From positions 32,984,001 through 33,048,000 of the forward strand of contig NC_043002.1 of NCBI RefSeq assembly GCF_006345805.1: DNA of 64,000 nt, written 5' to 3'. Within the stretch, counting starts at the first letter, position 1. Each line of letters starts with the position of its first letter. Position numbers and translations under genes: made by a program. The notes under the pieces were generated by a model that had not been told where the DNA came from, did not search any database, and saw nothing but the letters and a program-made list of their open reading frames with translations. This DNA is from Octopus sinensis (taxonomy: Eukaryota). Shown here piece by piece: positions 1 to 11,306 of this stretch.

Positions 1-420
1 CACGATACGCCGCTTGCCAAGCACACAACTTTTGGTCTACACTTGATCCAAGGTCCTAATTCACTCAGGTAGTAATGACCGAACGAACGGAGACCACACC
101 TGTTCACCATCCAGGTAGAGCCACAAATGCCTCAGCCTCAGCACATGTCTGGGCATCAGCAGCCAAGGTATCCCTAGCCCACCCTTTAGCGGGTGCTGGC
201 AGTAGACGAGCGCTTTACAAGAGGACATCTACCCCTCCACAAAAAGCGTATGAGCAGCCGCCCCAACTTGATCAGCTACGAACGGGGACAAGGCACGACA
301 GTTAGGTGGTAGGTAATCACAGAAACGATAAATACTCCTGCGACCTCCGCCCTTTCTTTCAGGGATATCCGCCGCTCAGACCGGGTCTGAGTAAGGTGGG
401 TCACCCTACTCGTCACATCG
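1..420 (-). mobile_element. Tx1/L1-clade LINE ORF2 fragment (post-RT region), degenerate
   Basis: Minus-strand translation with stops and a frameshift reads ...RISLKERAEVAGVFIVSVITYHLTVVPCP..LIRFLWRGRCPLVKRS..CQHPLKGGLGIPWL..LRLRHLW, the typical L1/Tx1 'LSL.GR..Y...FLW..GGLG.P' block. Not in the ORF track. Confidence 0.75.
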
Positions 421-1206
421 CTCCAATTCTCAGTTCTTGTATAGCAGTACAAGTGGCTTGGAGGACCACCAACTTCTCATCTAGGTCCAACAGGATAGTG
501 TCCACCAACCAAGCTACATCTATTTCTGAGGGTATGTTTTCTACCCTTACCTGGAAGCACGTCTTCCTATGTATATGGGTAGAAGCACTACCTCCTCCGT
601 TTTTAAAGGAGTGTAGTCTGGCGTTAGCTGCATCTCGGAACCGCACCTCTACAATTCCAAACTTTCGACCTCTGTTGAGGTACCCAATTTCTCTCCAAAT
701 TTGTTTCAATGTTTTTTTCAATCTATGCAACAATCATCACCTCGACTTTCCTGTTTTTTACTGAATATGTTCTATAAACTATCATTTTTTTTTCCTTTTT
801 CAACTTGTAAAGCTTCTTGGGGAGGGGACACCTTCACTTTGTGTCCGTCTCTTCTCAGTATTTCTTTATATTTACCAATTTAATCTGGTTTTAGTGGTTT
901 CTTGCCACCGCCACGAAATTTATTTTCGTGTTCGCACCGTCTAGGACCTTTCTCAGCCCTTTCTCCGAAGAAGTGAATTCTTAGGAGCTTAAGTTCTCAT
1001 AATTCATCATCTTTCTTTCAATCGGCGCTGTCCCCTTCAAATAAGGGGAACAACGGTAATCAATAAAAGCAAATGTCTCAAGACAACGATTAATCAGTGG
1101 TAAACAAAAGGCAATTCCGAAAGGGAAAACCTACAAGCAATAAAATAGATACTCAATTTAGCAGCCGAAATGACACGTCCGTTCAATTCCAGATGATTGT
1201 AACAAC
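413..1206 (-). mobile_element. Tx1-type element copy 1: 5' UTR and N-terminal ORF1 (gag-like), joined directly to mid-ORF2
   Basis: ORF 413..733 (EVRFRDAANARLHS..VRVENIPSEIDVAWLVD) is paralogous to ORF 1881..2477. The 5' UTR at 960-1206 aligns with 2733-2966. Confidence 0.7.
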
Positions 1207-2966
1207 GAATTCTTTATTGCCTACAGGTGGCTAAATATAGAGAGGACAATACACAAACAAACAGGACAGTACAATGAAAGGGGGGAAACAAAAACGGATA
1301 AGAGGATCAATAGAATTAAAATAAAATTACAATGAGTAATGAAATAAAGCCGCTTGGCCCCATGTCCGGGTGACTTAATTTAACGTTACAATTATACGCT
1401 TTTTTCGAGGTTTTATGACAATTTTTTTAAAGAATTTTCAACATGTTAAACATTGCAAAATATCTCTTCCAATGTCTTGACTCAAAATTATAGACATCTC
1501 ACTGGTATATATGTTCCTGGCTAAATATTTAACGTTCTCTTCATATATTTTTAGTTGTTCTATACATATAGGGTCGACTATAATGCAACCCAAATTCCTA
1601 GGTACCTCATCACAAAGATACGTGTTCACCCATATTATCTTGACCCAGCAATGAATTTCAGTTATAACCCTAACATTTGTCTCATCTTCAAAAACGATAT
1701 GCTTCTCTTTTTCCTTTCTTTCTTCACAGGGCAGGGGTTGGGAAGTTTGGGGCTCTTGTGTGCATGTGCCCATTTTTTCTGTGTCGGGTGTGGCAGGGAG
1801 AAGATTGGTGTCTGCAGGAGAAGTGCGGAGCAGAGTAGGTTTGGGTGGGAGTCGAGTGTGTGTGGGATGGGGTTCGTCACTCACAGGCTGTCGCTTCTTC
1901 CTTTTCTTTCTTTTTTCCTACTTTTTCCTGTTTTTTCCCATCCACCTACATCTGCTTCCGCACTCGTAACTGCTGGAAGCTTCCTTCCTGCGGCTTCCTT
2001 CCTGCTCACGGGCTTGTCTTGTATTTTTGCAGGTGGTAGAGGATAGTCTACCCTAATGTGACCTTTTTGGCCACATTTGTTACATCGCGGGATCCTGCCT
2101 TCTACTCTAACCCTTAGTATTGTGTATTCAACCGTTATGTTCTCTATCATTTTTTCTAGGTCCTCCGGGGCGGCCTGGATCATAATATTTAGACCCTGCC
2201 CCTGCCAGTTCTTGTGGGCAGTCCAAGTGGGTTGGAGGACCACCACCTTCTCTTCCAAGCCGTACAGGATAGCGTCCACCAGCCAAGCTACGTCTATTTC
2301 TGGGGGTATGCTTTCTACCCTTACCCTGGAAGCATGCCTTCCAAGGTATATGGATAGAAGCACTACCTCCTCCGTTTTTAAAGGGGTTGCCGAATGTAGC
2401 CTGGCGGTTGCTGCATCTCGGAATCGCACCTCCAGTTTCAAACTTTCGATGTGTTGAGGTACACGATTTCTCTCCATATTTGTTTCAGTCTGTGAACCGT
2501 CATCACCTCGACCTTCGTGTTTTTTACTGGAAATATTCTATAAACAATCATCTTTTCTTTTTCAACCTGTATCACTTCTTGGGGAGGGGACACCTTCACT
2601 TTGTGTCCGTCCCTTCTCAGTATTTCTTTATTTTTATCAATTTCCTCCAATTTAATCTAGTTTTGGTGGCTTCTTGCTACCGTCAGGAAATCCATCTTTT
2701 TGTCCGCATCGTCTAGGGCACTTCTCAGCGCTTCCTCCGAAGAAGTGAATTCTGAGGAACTTAATATCTCATAATTCATCATTCTTTTTTCAAACTGCGC
2801 TGCCCCTTAACGAAACAACTGTAAGGCATAAAAAACATGTCTTACGACACAACAGTTAAGAAAGGCAATCCCAAAAAGAAAATCCTGCAACAAGCAATAA
2901 AACTGTTACTCAACTTAGCAGCTGAAATAACACGACCGTTGAATCTCAGATGATTGCAACAACGAT
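1207..2966 (-). mobile_element. Tx1-type element copy 2: 5' UTR, ORF1 with CCHC knuckle, 3' tail; no ORF2
   Basis: ORF pieces 2438..2650, 1881..2477 (RCNKCGQKGHIRVDY, degenerate CX2CX4HX4C) and 1438..1884, followed by a 3' tail ending ...gccacctgtaggcaataaagaa on the - strand. Confidence 0.7.
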
Positions 2967-3815
2967 TTCTTTATTACCCACAGGGGGCTAAACACGGAGG
3001 GACAAATAAAAACATATAAGTGGGGATGAAAAAGAAAAAAGAATGGGAAATATGAAAAAAATTACTAATGAAATGGAACGAAGCCACGTGACCCCACATC
3101 CGAACCACTTCATTTACACTTTTTTAAAATTTCTTTTTACAAACTCATAATTACGATAGTTTAACTTGAGCGGCAACTTACTTGCGTCTGCTGCCACGCC
3201 TATATCTAGTGTTTCTGTCCCACGGTTTTCCATTAAACCAAACACTTTTTTGGGGTTTGGGGTTTGGGAGATTTGGACACCCGTCAGTTTGTGCTATTGC
3301 CCGTGTTAGGAGGGGCAGAGGAAGGGTTTGTCATTCAGGGGAAAGGTATGACAGCATGGGATCAGGTGGGAGTCGGGTGGGATTATGGTGGGGATTCACA
3401 TCTTTTCCTCAGATCGTTTTTTAGTTTTCCTCCTTTTAGCTTGTGCCCATTCTTGCTATTCTTCCTTTCCAAGCTCCTCGCTTGTAGATGACTTCGCCAG
3501 AGGTGGAGGTGCGACTTTTTCTTGTGGTTCCTTTGCACTGGTCGGAGGGCATTCTGCCTTAATGTGAACTTTCTCCCCACATTTAAAACACCTGGGCGTC
3601 CTGCACTCTACCATGAAACTCAACTTTGTGTTATTGACCGTGTCAGGAGGGGCAGAGAAAGGGTTTGTCACTGCAGAAGGTGGGGTGACAGCATGCGATC
3701 GGGTGGGAGTAGGGTGGGAGTAGGTGGGCATTCCCTGTCGACCGTGATGGTCTCCATCATCCTTTCTATATCGTCAAGGACAGCCTGGATCATCATTTCC
3801 TGCCCTGCCAATTTC
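2967..3815 (-). mobile_element. Tx1-type element copy 3: truncated ORF1 with CCHC knuckle plus 3' tail
   Basis: ORF 3456..3731 contains RCFKCGEKVHIKAEC. There is an internal ~110-bp Pro-rich duplication (3285-3400 vs 3620-3735). The tail is ...tttagccccctgtgggtaataaagaaa on the - strand. Confidence 0.65.
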
Positions 3816-4100
3816 TTGTCGGCACTTCGTCCGTCTTTACATTCTGAGTTCAAATTCCACCGAGGTCGACTTTGCCTTTCATCCTTTCGCGATCGATAAA
3901 GCATGTACTAGTTGAATACTGAGGTCCATGTAATCAACTTACCAAGTTACCCAAACCCCCTACTATCAGCTTCATAACTTTTCATTCTGCAACCATAATT
4001 GCAAAATTGCTATATAGACTACGAGTATTATTAAAACTTGTATATCCATTTAGAACCCTGTAGTTTATGAGACAAGGGTTTACGAAATTAATAATGATAT

Positions 4101-4156
<56 letters not shown>

Positions 4157-4663
4157 ATACCACCACCACCACCACCACAACTACTCCTATTGATGATGAT
4201 GATGATGACGACGACAACGATGATTTTCTTTTGTTTAGGCCAAAGTTCACCTTGTAAGGTGAATAAAATAAACCTGCCACATTACTGAGAGTATTAAGTA
4301 GCGTGAAAGAATAAAATTAGCTTCAGCAACAGATTATGACAACAACGCCCTTGTCTCGTTTTTCTGAAGTTTCTTATTGGTGAAACGTGCTTTTGCAAAA
4401 AGTCACGATATTAATTCAATATTAGTTCATTTTCCTTTAACCCATATACTTCATGTCTTTACGTGAGTGGAAATAGTAAGGTGGGGCATGCAAGTCGTTT
4501 CTCCGGTGAATTATTAAAACGATGAGGCGTTTATGGTGTACTGCCGAACGTGTATGTTACTGGGACGTAACTACACCAACACCGGTTGTCAAGTGGTGGA
4601 GGGGGATAAACGCAGGCATAAACACAGACATAGGCACACACACACACATACATACTTACATAT

Positions 4664-4725
<62 letters not shown>

Positions 4726-4789
4726 AACTTAGATATGTTTCGACCAATGATTGGTCCAGGCTGATAGGATTATTTGAATCCTGTTTAAG

Positions 4790-7758
4790 TCAAGTTTTGT
4801 TTATGGTCCATTCAAGTAGTGAGTTTTTGTTGGGTGAGTTGCATCCAATTATGGGTGGCTTATCTGGTATTCCTTGAAGGAATCTATCCAGACTCCGTTT
4901 AAAGTTGATTGGATCCTGTTCCTCTTTGATCTCTTTCGGGACAATGTTAAATAGGGCAGGGCCTGTTGAGGAAAAGAAATGTTGTAGTGTACATGTATGC
5001 TGTGATCTTGAATTGGGCAGGGGACGTATGGCTCGTGGTCCCAGTCTTGGATGAACCTTGAAGCTAATGTTCAGGTCGTTTGGGCAAAGTTGGCGGTATA
5101 TTCTCCACATCGTACAAATGATGTACCGCTCACGGCGACGCTGGAGAGAGTAGAGTTTCAAGGCTTTGAGGCGGTCCCAATAATCGAGAGCAGCCATGCC
5201 TTCAATTCGTTTAGTGAGTGCCCTCTGGGGTGATTCAATCCTCGAGATGCTTTGTCTTGTATGGGGAGACCACAGTGGGCAGCAGTATTCGAGGTGTGGC
5301 CGTACAAAGGAGGAGAAAAGTGGTATGATGACACCTTGTTCTCTGGACCGGAAAGTTCTTAAGATCCAGGAACTCATCCTACGAGCTATATCGACCTTCT
5401 TGTTGATGTGTGCACTCCAACTGAGATCGTCATCAACAATTACACCCAGGTCTCTGATATTGTTAGAGGCTGTGAGCGGTTCCCCTGAAGGAAGAGAGTA
5501 TGGCTGTTTTAGTGAGGAATTTCTTCCAAAATGCATCAGCTCAAATTTTCCCTTGTTCAGTTGCATTTTGTTTCTGTCTGCCCATTGACTCACAGCATAT
5601 AGATCAGACTGGATTTGAGTTCGGTCTGCTTCTTCATTGACGATTTGCTGGAGCTTAGTGTCATCAGCAAATATTTTCACTTTGCAGTAATGTACGACAC
5701 TGGAAAAGTCGTTTATGTAGATTATGAAGAGTAGCGAACCCAAGACAGTCCCCTGGGGGACACCGCTGGTGACTTTTGCTGGGCTTGAGTGGACTCCATC
5801 AACTACAACATGTTGTGTTCTATTCGCCAGGAAATACTTGATCCAGTGTAGAACTTTTCCACGGATTCCAACATTTGCCAATTTTGAGAGTAGGATATTA
5901 TGGTCTACCCTGTCGAACGCTTTACTGAAGTCAAGATATATGACATTAGAGTTCGAACTTGTTCCCAAGGCTTTGAGTACATCTTCAATGTGGTGTAAGA
6001 GCTGTGTTAGACAGTCCCTGCCACAGCGAAGGCCATGTTGATTTGCATTTAGGTGTTTGTGGGTCTCCAGGAAGTCAGCTATCCTTGATCTTAACACTCT
6101 TTCAAACACATTGATGATGTGGGAGGTGAGTGAGATTGAGCGATAGTTGAGTGCGAGGGGTCTGTTTCCCTGTTTGAAAACCGGGATGACTGACTGGGAT
6201 AGAAACTGTTTCGGTATATAACCTGCGTCTAACGAATTTCTCCAGATGTTGGTCAGAGGGACTGCAAGTTGGTGTCTACATTCCTTCAGGAGACCAGCGG
6301 GGAATCTATCAGGGCCTACAGCAGAGTAGTATTTGACCTCATTTATTGCTGCTATGATGTCAGTGGCAGTGAAGGTTGTCTGAGATTTTATGTTGAGAGT
6401 CAACTTCGTTCGCTTCTCTTACGTCAATATCAGTGGGAACACTAAAGACAGAGCAGTATTGTTTCTGCAGTATTTCTGCCATTTCTTTAGCATCGTGTTG
6501 GGGAATGCCGTTATCATCAATCAATGGCCCAATGGGTGAGACAGTGGTTCTATGCTTATTTGCATAAGAATAGAACACTTTTGGGTTCTGTTTGATGTTT
6601 TTGATTACCCACTGTTCCTCCACAGCTCTTTGATTTTCAATGGAGGTTTTCATGTCGGTCTGCAGATGAAGTTTTTCCAGCTCTAGCCTTTTCATTGTTG
6701 TTGAATGTGGATGTTGTATGTGGGAATATTTTAATTGGTTGATTTTTTTGTTGAGTCTTTTGATGCGTCTGATGAGTGTTTTTTTTTTTTTTCTTTTTAG
6801 GGAGCCGGTTTCTGTTTGTGTTAGTAGATTTCGTGGGAGCGTGTTTAGAGCATGTATAGGTGACAATGTTTTCAAAGTGCTGCCATGCGGTCCCAATATG
6901 GGTGGGATTGAGAGTAAAAGATCAGTCGATGAAAGACAGATCCTTTCTGATTGTTCCCCAGTCCGCTTTGTGGAAGTTTATGTTGTCAAATGAGTGCCAT
7001 GGAGTGGGATTGGCTGGTTTGGTTTTTATATGTCGGGAATTAAAATTGCAGAGTACCATGTCGTGGTCTGAGAGGAGAGTTTTTTCAATTGAAATACTGT
7101 GAACGAAGCTAGAGTGATTGGTCAATACCAGATCCAAGATCGTTTTATTCTGTCTCGTTGGTTCGAGCACTAGCTGAGTCAGGAAGTATTCATCCATTAG
7201 ATTAAAGAGCAGTCCTGCTGCTGCTCTATCTGATGTAGAGCATTTGCCTAACTTCAGAGTATTTGTGGGCCAGTTCACATGAGGGAGGTTAAAATCACCC
7301 ATCACTAGTATGTTTCCGGAGTTGTACTTCCGAAGGAAGTACTTGACTTTGCTAAGGCACTCTTCAAAGCACTTTAGAGGTGCTTGGGGAGGCCTGTAAA
7401 GACCAACAATGATTATGTTCTTGGCCTTGCTGAATAGTGATACAGATTCACAATAGCCATTGGAAAATATGTCCTTGGCATCAAATGAAAAGGAGTCATG
7501 AATAAAGATGGCTGTCCCTCCCTTATTTCGGTCTGTGCGATCCGCACGAACAATGGTGAAATCTTTTATTTTCACCTCGGCGTCCATACGGGTGTTGTTC
7601 AGGTGAGTCTCGGTAAGGATAAAGAAAGGGAAGCAATGTGCCGTTTCGGCAAGCCAACTCTCTATATATGGGATCTTCCATTTTTGGGCAATAATTGATG
7701 GGTTGATGCCACGTACATTTAACAGGAATGTCAGGTAAGGGAAGTTTGATGTTTGCAT
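4790..7758 (-). pseudogene. LINE ORF2: apurinic-type endonuclease + reverse transcriptase, interrupted
   Basis: APE motifs LNVRGI, ETHL, GLYRPP, GDFNLP, LDLVL and SDH (6922..7758). RT motifs YLDFSKAFDRVDH, GVPQGTVLG and FADDTK (4790..6403). A TGG>TGA stop at 6922-6924 is followed by in-frame sequence; frameshifts fall at the T-run ~6779-6798 and near 6385. Confidence 0.92.
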
Positions 7759-7783
7759 TGTTCTAAGTTGTGTTTTATGTTGT

Positions 7784-8968
7784 TCAGTGGTAACAATGTG
7801 GGTAGTTCTTGTATGGAGCTGTGTGTGTATGATTTTCTTGTTGGTAGTGGGGGTGTGGTCCTTGTGATTTGCATAGGTGGTTGCTGATAGCTCGTTGGAT
7901 CCCCTGGCTTAGGTCGGCCTTCATATTGTCTGGGTAAGTCAGTAAAAAAGAGTTACCTCTTTGGTTTGCCACTTGGTCAGAGGATACATATTTCATGTTT
8001 GTGTTGTTTGGTGTTATGGTTTTTTCATGGTTCTGTCTTCGTTGTTTGATTGTAGGCGGGGAAACGTGGTTGTATTTTGTTTTTATTGTTGTCGAAGATC
8101 TCCTCTCTTGCTGTTTATAATTATTTTGCGATCGTTTTGTGCCCTTCAGATGGTGGTGGTTGCATTCTGGGTTCAGGCACATCCTTAGTGACACAGAAGT
8201 GTGGCACAGTTTAGGATGGAAGAAGGTGCATCCATTGCCTTTTGTGCATCCATATTTGGGATCAGGACCATGGACTCTGTATTTAGGACAGTATTTGGGG
8301 TGGAGGTGAGCGCAGTTTTTTCCCGTTATACCATATGGACAGGTGCCCTTAACAAGTCTACGACATAAGGTAGGATGGAAAAAAGCACAGCGTCCTTTGT
8401 TGTTGGTGCCGCTGGGGCCAAATTTACAGTTGCCTTGAGAATAGTAACGGCAGGGTGTTTGATATGGTTGTAGTGGTGATTTTTCTATTCTGGCTGTAGT
8501 AGCAGTAGCAGAGTATTGTTGTTGCTGTAGCAGCAGTAAAACTTGACTTGCAACAGCAGGGCTAGGTGGAATCGGGTCAGGTACTGGTGATGTAGTAGCA
8601 GAAGCAGGCTGCTGCTGTTGTGATATTGAGTCCTGTGGAATGGGTGGAATGAGGTCAGATGTTTGTTGCTGGCTATCGGGTCGTTGAAGTGACCCCTGAC
8701 CTGTTGGAGTTGGGTCATTTGGTGCACTACATTCATTGACAAGGATGGCTTCTAGTGTTGCCATGTGCGTGTGGAAAATAGGAAATATTCTTACAATATC
8801 TTTTATTTTATTTTCGATCTGTTTTACAGATCTGTGAACGGATTGTTTTACTAATTTTTCAGCTATTTTACCGTAAACATTAGCTTCATTGTGGTGAGTG
8901 TACCAAGCGTTTATCATTGCAGTAATTTCATTTTCAACCCAGTGGCGTTTTTGAATATTATTGGCCAT
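7784..8968 (-). CDS. LINE ORF1: N-terminal Myb/SANT-like (trihelix-type) domain, Gln/Pro linker, four CCCH zinc fingers
   Basis: Open frame from ATG 8968 (MANNIQKRHWVENEITAMINAW..YGKIAEKL..RSVKQIENKIKDI). Fingers are C-x7-C-x12-C-x3-H, C-x7-C-x8-C-x3-H, C-x13-C-x5-C-x3-H and C-x8-C-x4-C-x3-H. It stops 25 nt before the ORF2 ATG. Confidence 0.8.
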   Translation of the reverse strand: MANNIQKRHWVENEITAMINAWYTHHNEANVYGKIAEKLVKQSVHRSVKQIENKIKDIVRIFPIFHTHMATLEAILVNECSAPNDPTPTGQGSLQRPDSQQQTSDLIPPIPQDSISQQQQPASATTSPVPDPIPPSPAVASQVLLLLQQQQYSATATTARIEKSPLQPYQTPCRYYSQGNCKFGPSGTNNKGRCAFFHPTLCRRLVKGTCPYGITGKNCAHLHPKYCPKYRVHGPDPKYGCTKGNGCTFFHPKLCHTSVSLRMCLNPECNHHHLKGTKRSQNNYKQQERRSSTTIKTKYNHVSPPTIKQRRQNHEKTITPNNTNMKYVSSDQVANQRGNSFLLTYPDNMKADLSQGIQRAISNHLCKSQGPHPHYQQENHTHTAPYKNYPHCYH

Positions 8969-9426
8969 ATTCAGTGGGACAGTATTATACACTGTACGTT
9001 AGTTATTGATGGCTTGATGTATAATAGTGAATACACCGTTGAAAAGTTTGTGTTGATATATTCGAAAATGCGTGGCTATATCTGAGTGTGTGTGGGAGAG
9101 TTCAGTGTATTTAGTACAAATCAGGATGAGCGGTGAGTTTAATACAGATCAAGGAAAAAGAATTGTACTCACGGGACTAGTTTTAGAACTAGTCTTGGGT
9201 TTAGTTTTGGTTTATATTTCTTTCTCCAGGTTGTATATAGATTTCTATAAATTTATCCTCCGATGGTAGTAGAAGAGTAGAATAGTAGAATTGAAGAATT
9301 CAAAAGTACTGGGACTAAAAACAAGGAGAGTTTCTGCTGGCTTGAGTTGAAATATGCTTCTTTGGCTACTGACTTTCACCGGAGCTATGAAAAGTACGTC
9401 TTCTTCTAATATATATATATATATAT

Positions 9427-9740
9427 GGCAAATAAGAAAATGGAGAAGGTATAAAACAACATACATCATCCGGTAGACATCCCAGTGTGTCTATTCCAAA
9501 GCATTAGAAAATATTAGAAGAAAACATACACATGTGTTAATATTACAGAAAAGAGTTCTTTTGCTCTTTTCTGTAATATTAACACATGTGTGTGTAACAC
9601 ATAGTTACTGCATGTGTATATTTTCTTGTAATACTTTCTAATACTTTAGAATAAATAGACACACTGAAATGTCTACCGGATGATGTATGTCGTTTTATAT
9701 CCTCTCCATGTTCTTCTTTGCCGAATAAATTAAGGGTTAA
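9427..9740. mobile_element. Fold-back/MITE-like element, possibly piggyBac-type
   Basis: ~105-bp inverted arms (9427-9532 vs 9613-9723, visually ~85% identical). The right end is aagggttaa (TTAA-type terminus); the left terminus is missing. Confidence 0.6.
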
Positions 9741-9849
9741 CCACTCTTTAGCCAGAATTTGGCTATGAATAATTGGGTACACTACCAGCAGTATATCGGG
9801 GAGACACTATTCCTTAGCTGGTTGGTTTCCCAACCTCTAATTCTCACAG

Positions 9850-9922
<73 letters not shown>

Positions 9923-9925
<3 letters not shown>

Positions 9926-10298
9926 GAGGCGCAATGGCCCAGTGGTTAGGGCAGCGGACTGGCGGTCATAGGATCGCGGTTTCCCAGACCGGGCGTTGTG
10001 AGTGTTTATTGAGTGAAAACACCTAAAAGTTCCACAAGGCTCCGGCAGGGGATGGTGGTGATCCCTGCTGTACTCTTTCACCACAACTTTCTCTCACTCT
10101 TACTTCCTGTTTCTGTTGTACCTGTATTTCAAAGGGCCGGCCTTGTCACTCTCTGTGTCACGCTGAATATCCCCGAGAACTACGCTAAGGGTGCACGTGT
10201 CTGTGGAGTGCTCAGCCACTTACACGTTAATTTCACGAGCAGGTTGTTCCGTTAATTCGGATCAACCGGAACCCTCGTCGTCGTAACCGACGGAGTGC
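9923..10298 (+). mobile_element. tRNA-derived SINE, family B with tail 1
   Basis: A-box-like tggcccagtggttagg, a degenerate B-box, and a tail ending ccctcgtcgtcgtaaccgacggagtgc. A second copy is at 56982-57358. Confidence 0.85.
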
Positions 10299-10387
10299 TT
10301 CTATATATATATATACATACATGCATGCATACATACATACATACATACATACATACATACATACATTACATACATACATAAATACAT

Positions 10388-10429
<42 letters not shown>

Positions 10430-11167
10430 TTTCAGTCTACCAAATCCTGTCAAAAACGTTTTGCTCAGCCCGAGGCTAGACATTTACCGACGGTGCCACG
10501 CAGTGGGACTGAACCCAAAAATATGTTGTTGGGAAGCAAACCGCTTACCACACAGCCACCCCTGTGCCTATGCCTGTGGAAAAGGCATGTAAAGTGCATG
10601 AAGTTCCCACTTTGTGGAAGAACATAAAATTTCCACTCCTGCAAACATACATGGGCTCCTGGAATACAAGCTGTTTGTTAGCAAGCTAGTTATGAGGGCA
10701 ATGCGTTGCTGTTAGTCGAGAAAGAAAGATTTGAGGTCGATTCAGAGACAAGCAAACTTTTCTCTTTTTAAAAGCAAGTCGACTTTAGAGAATTTCTTAT
10801 TCTTGAAATCATCTTCCCTTCAAGTTTGAAATTGGTATCAAATGCCACCAAGCAATTGGTCTGCGCTCTCTGGAAATGGAGATAATTTCAATAGCTCAAG
10901 AATTTATTTTGTGTACTGTTATTTAATATAATCTTAGTCGCCTTTGCGTACGTGTGTACACTTAAACACAAACACGCGCACGCAAACACACATACACACG
11001 CACACATATATATATTTATATATATTTTATTTATATATATTTATATATATTTTTTGAAAGCTACAAAAGTCTTCCCAGTTTCAGAGTTTCACGTTCATAT
11101 TACTCTTCCTTCAGTATCTAGGTACTTCCTTTTTTCACCTTGCTTTGCAGTTGTGTGGTCACTCATG

Positions 11168-11254
<87 letters not shown>

Positions 11255-11306
11255 ATGTATGTATGTATGTATGTATGTATGTATGTATGTATGTATGTAT
11301 GTATAT

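Larger units (their letters stand above)
4725..9408 (-). mobile_element. Near full-length CR1-group (Jockey superfamily) LINE, ~4.7 kb
   Basis: 5' UTR, ORF1, ORF2 (APE + RT) and a short 3' UTR, abutting (TA)n at both ends. ORF2 has one nonsense codon and two frameshifts. Confidence 0.92.

Noticed and set aside
9923-9985. tRNA genes at SINE heads
   Set aside because: Only A/B-box remnants with no complete cloverleaf, always followed by SINE bodies.
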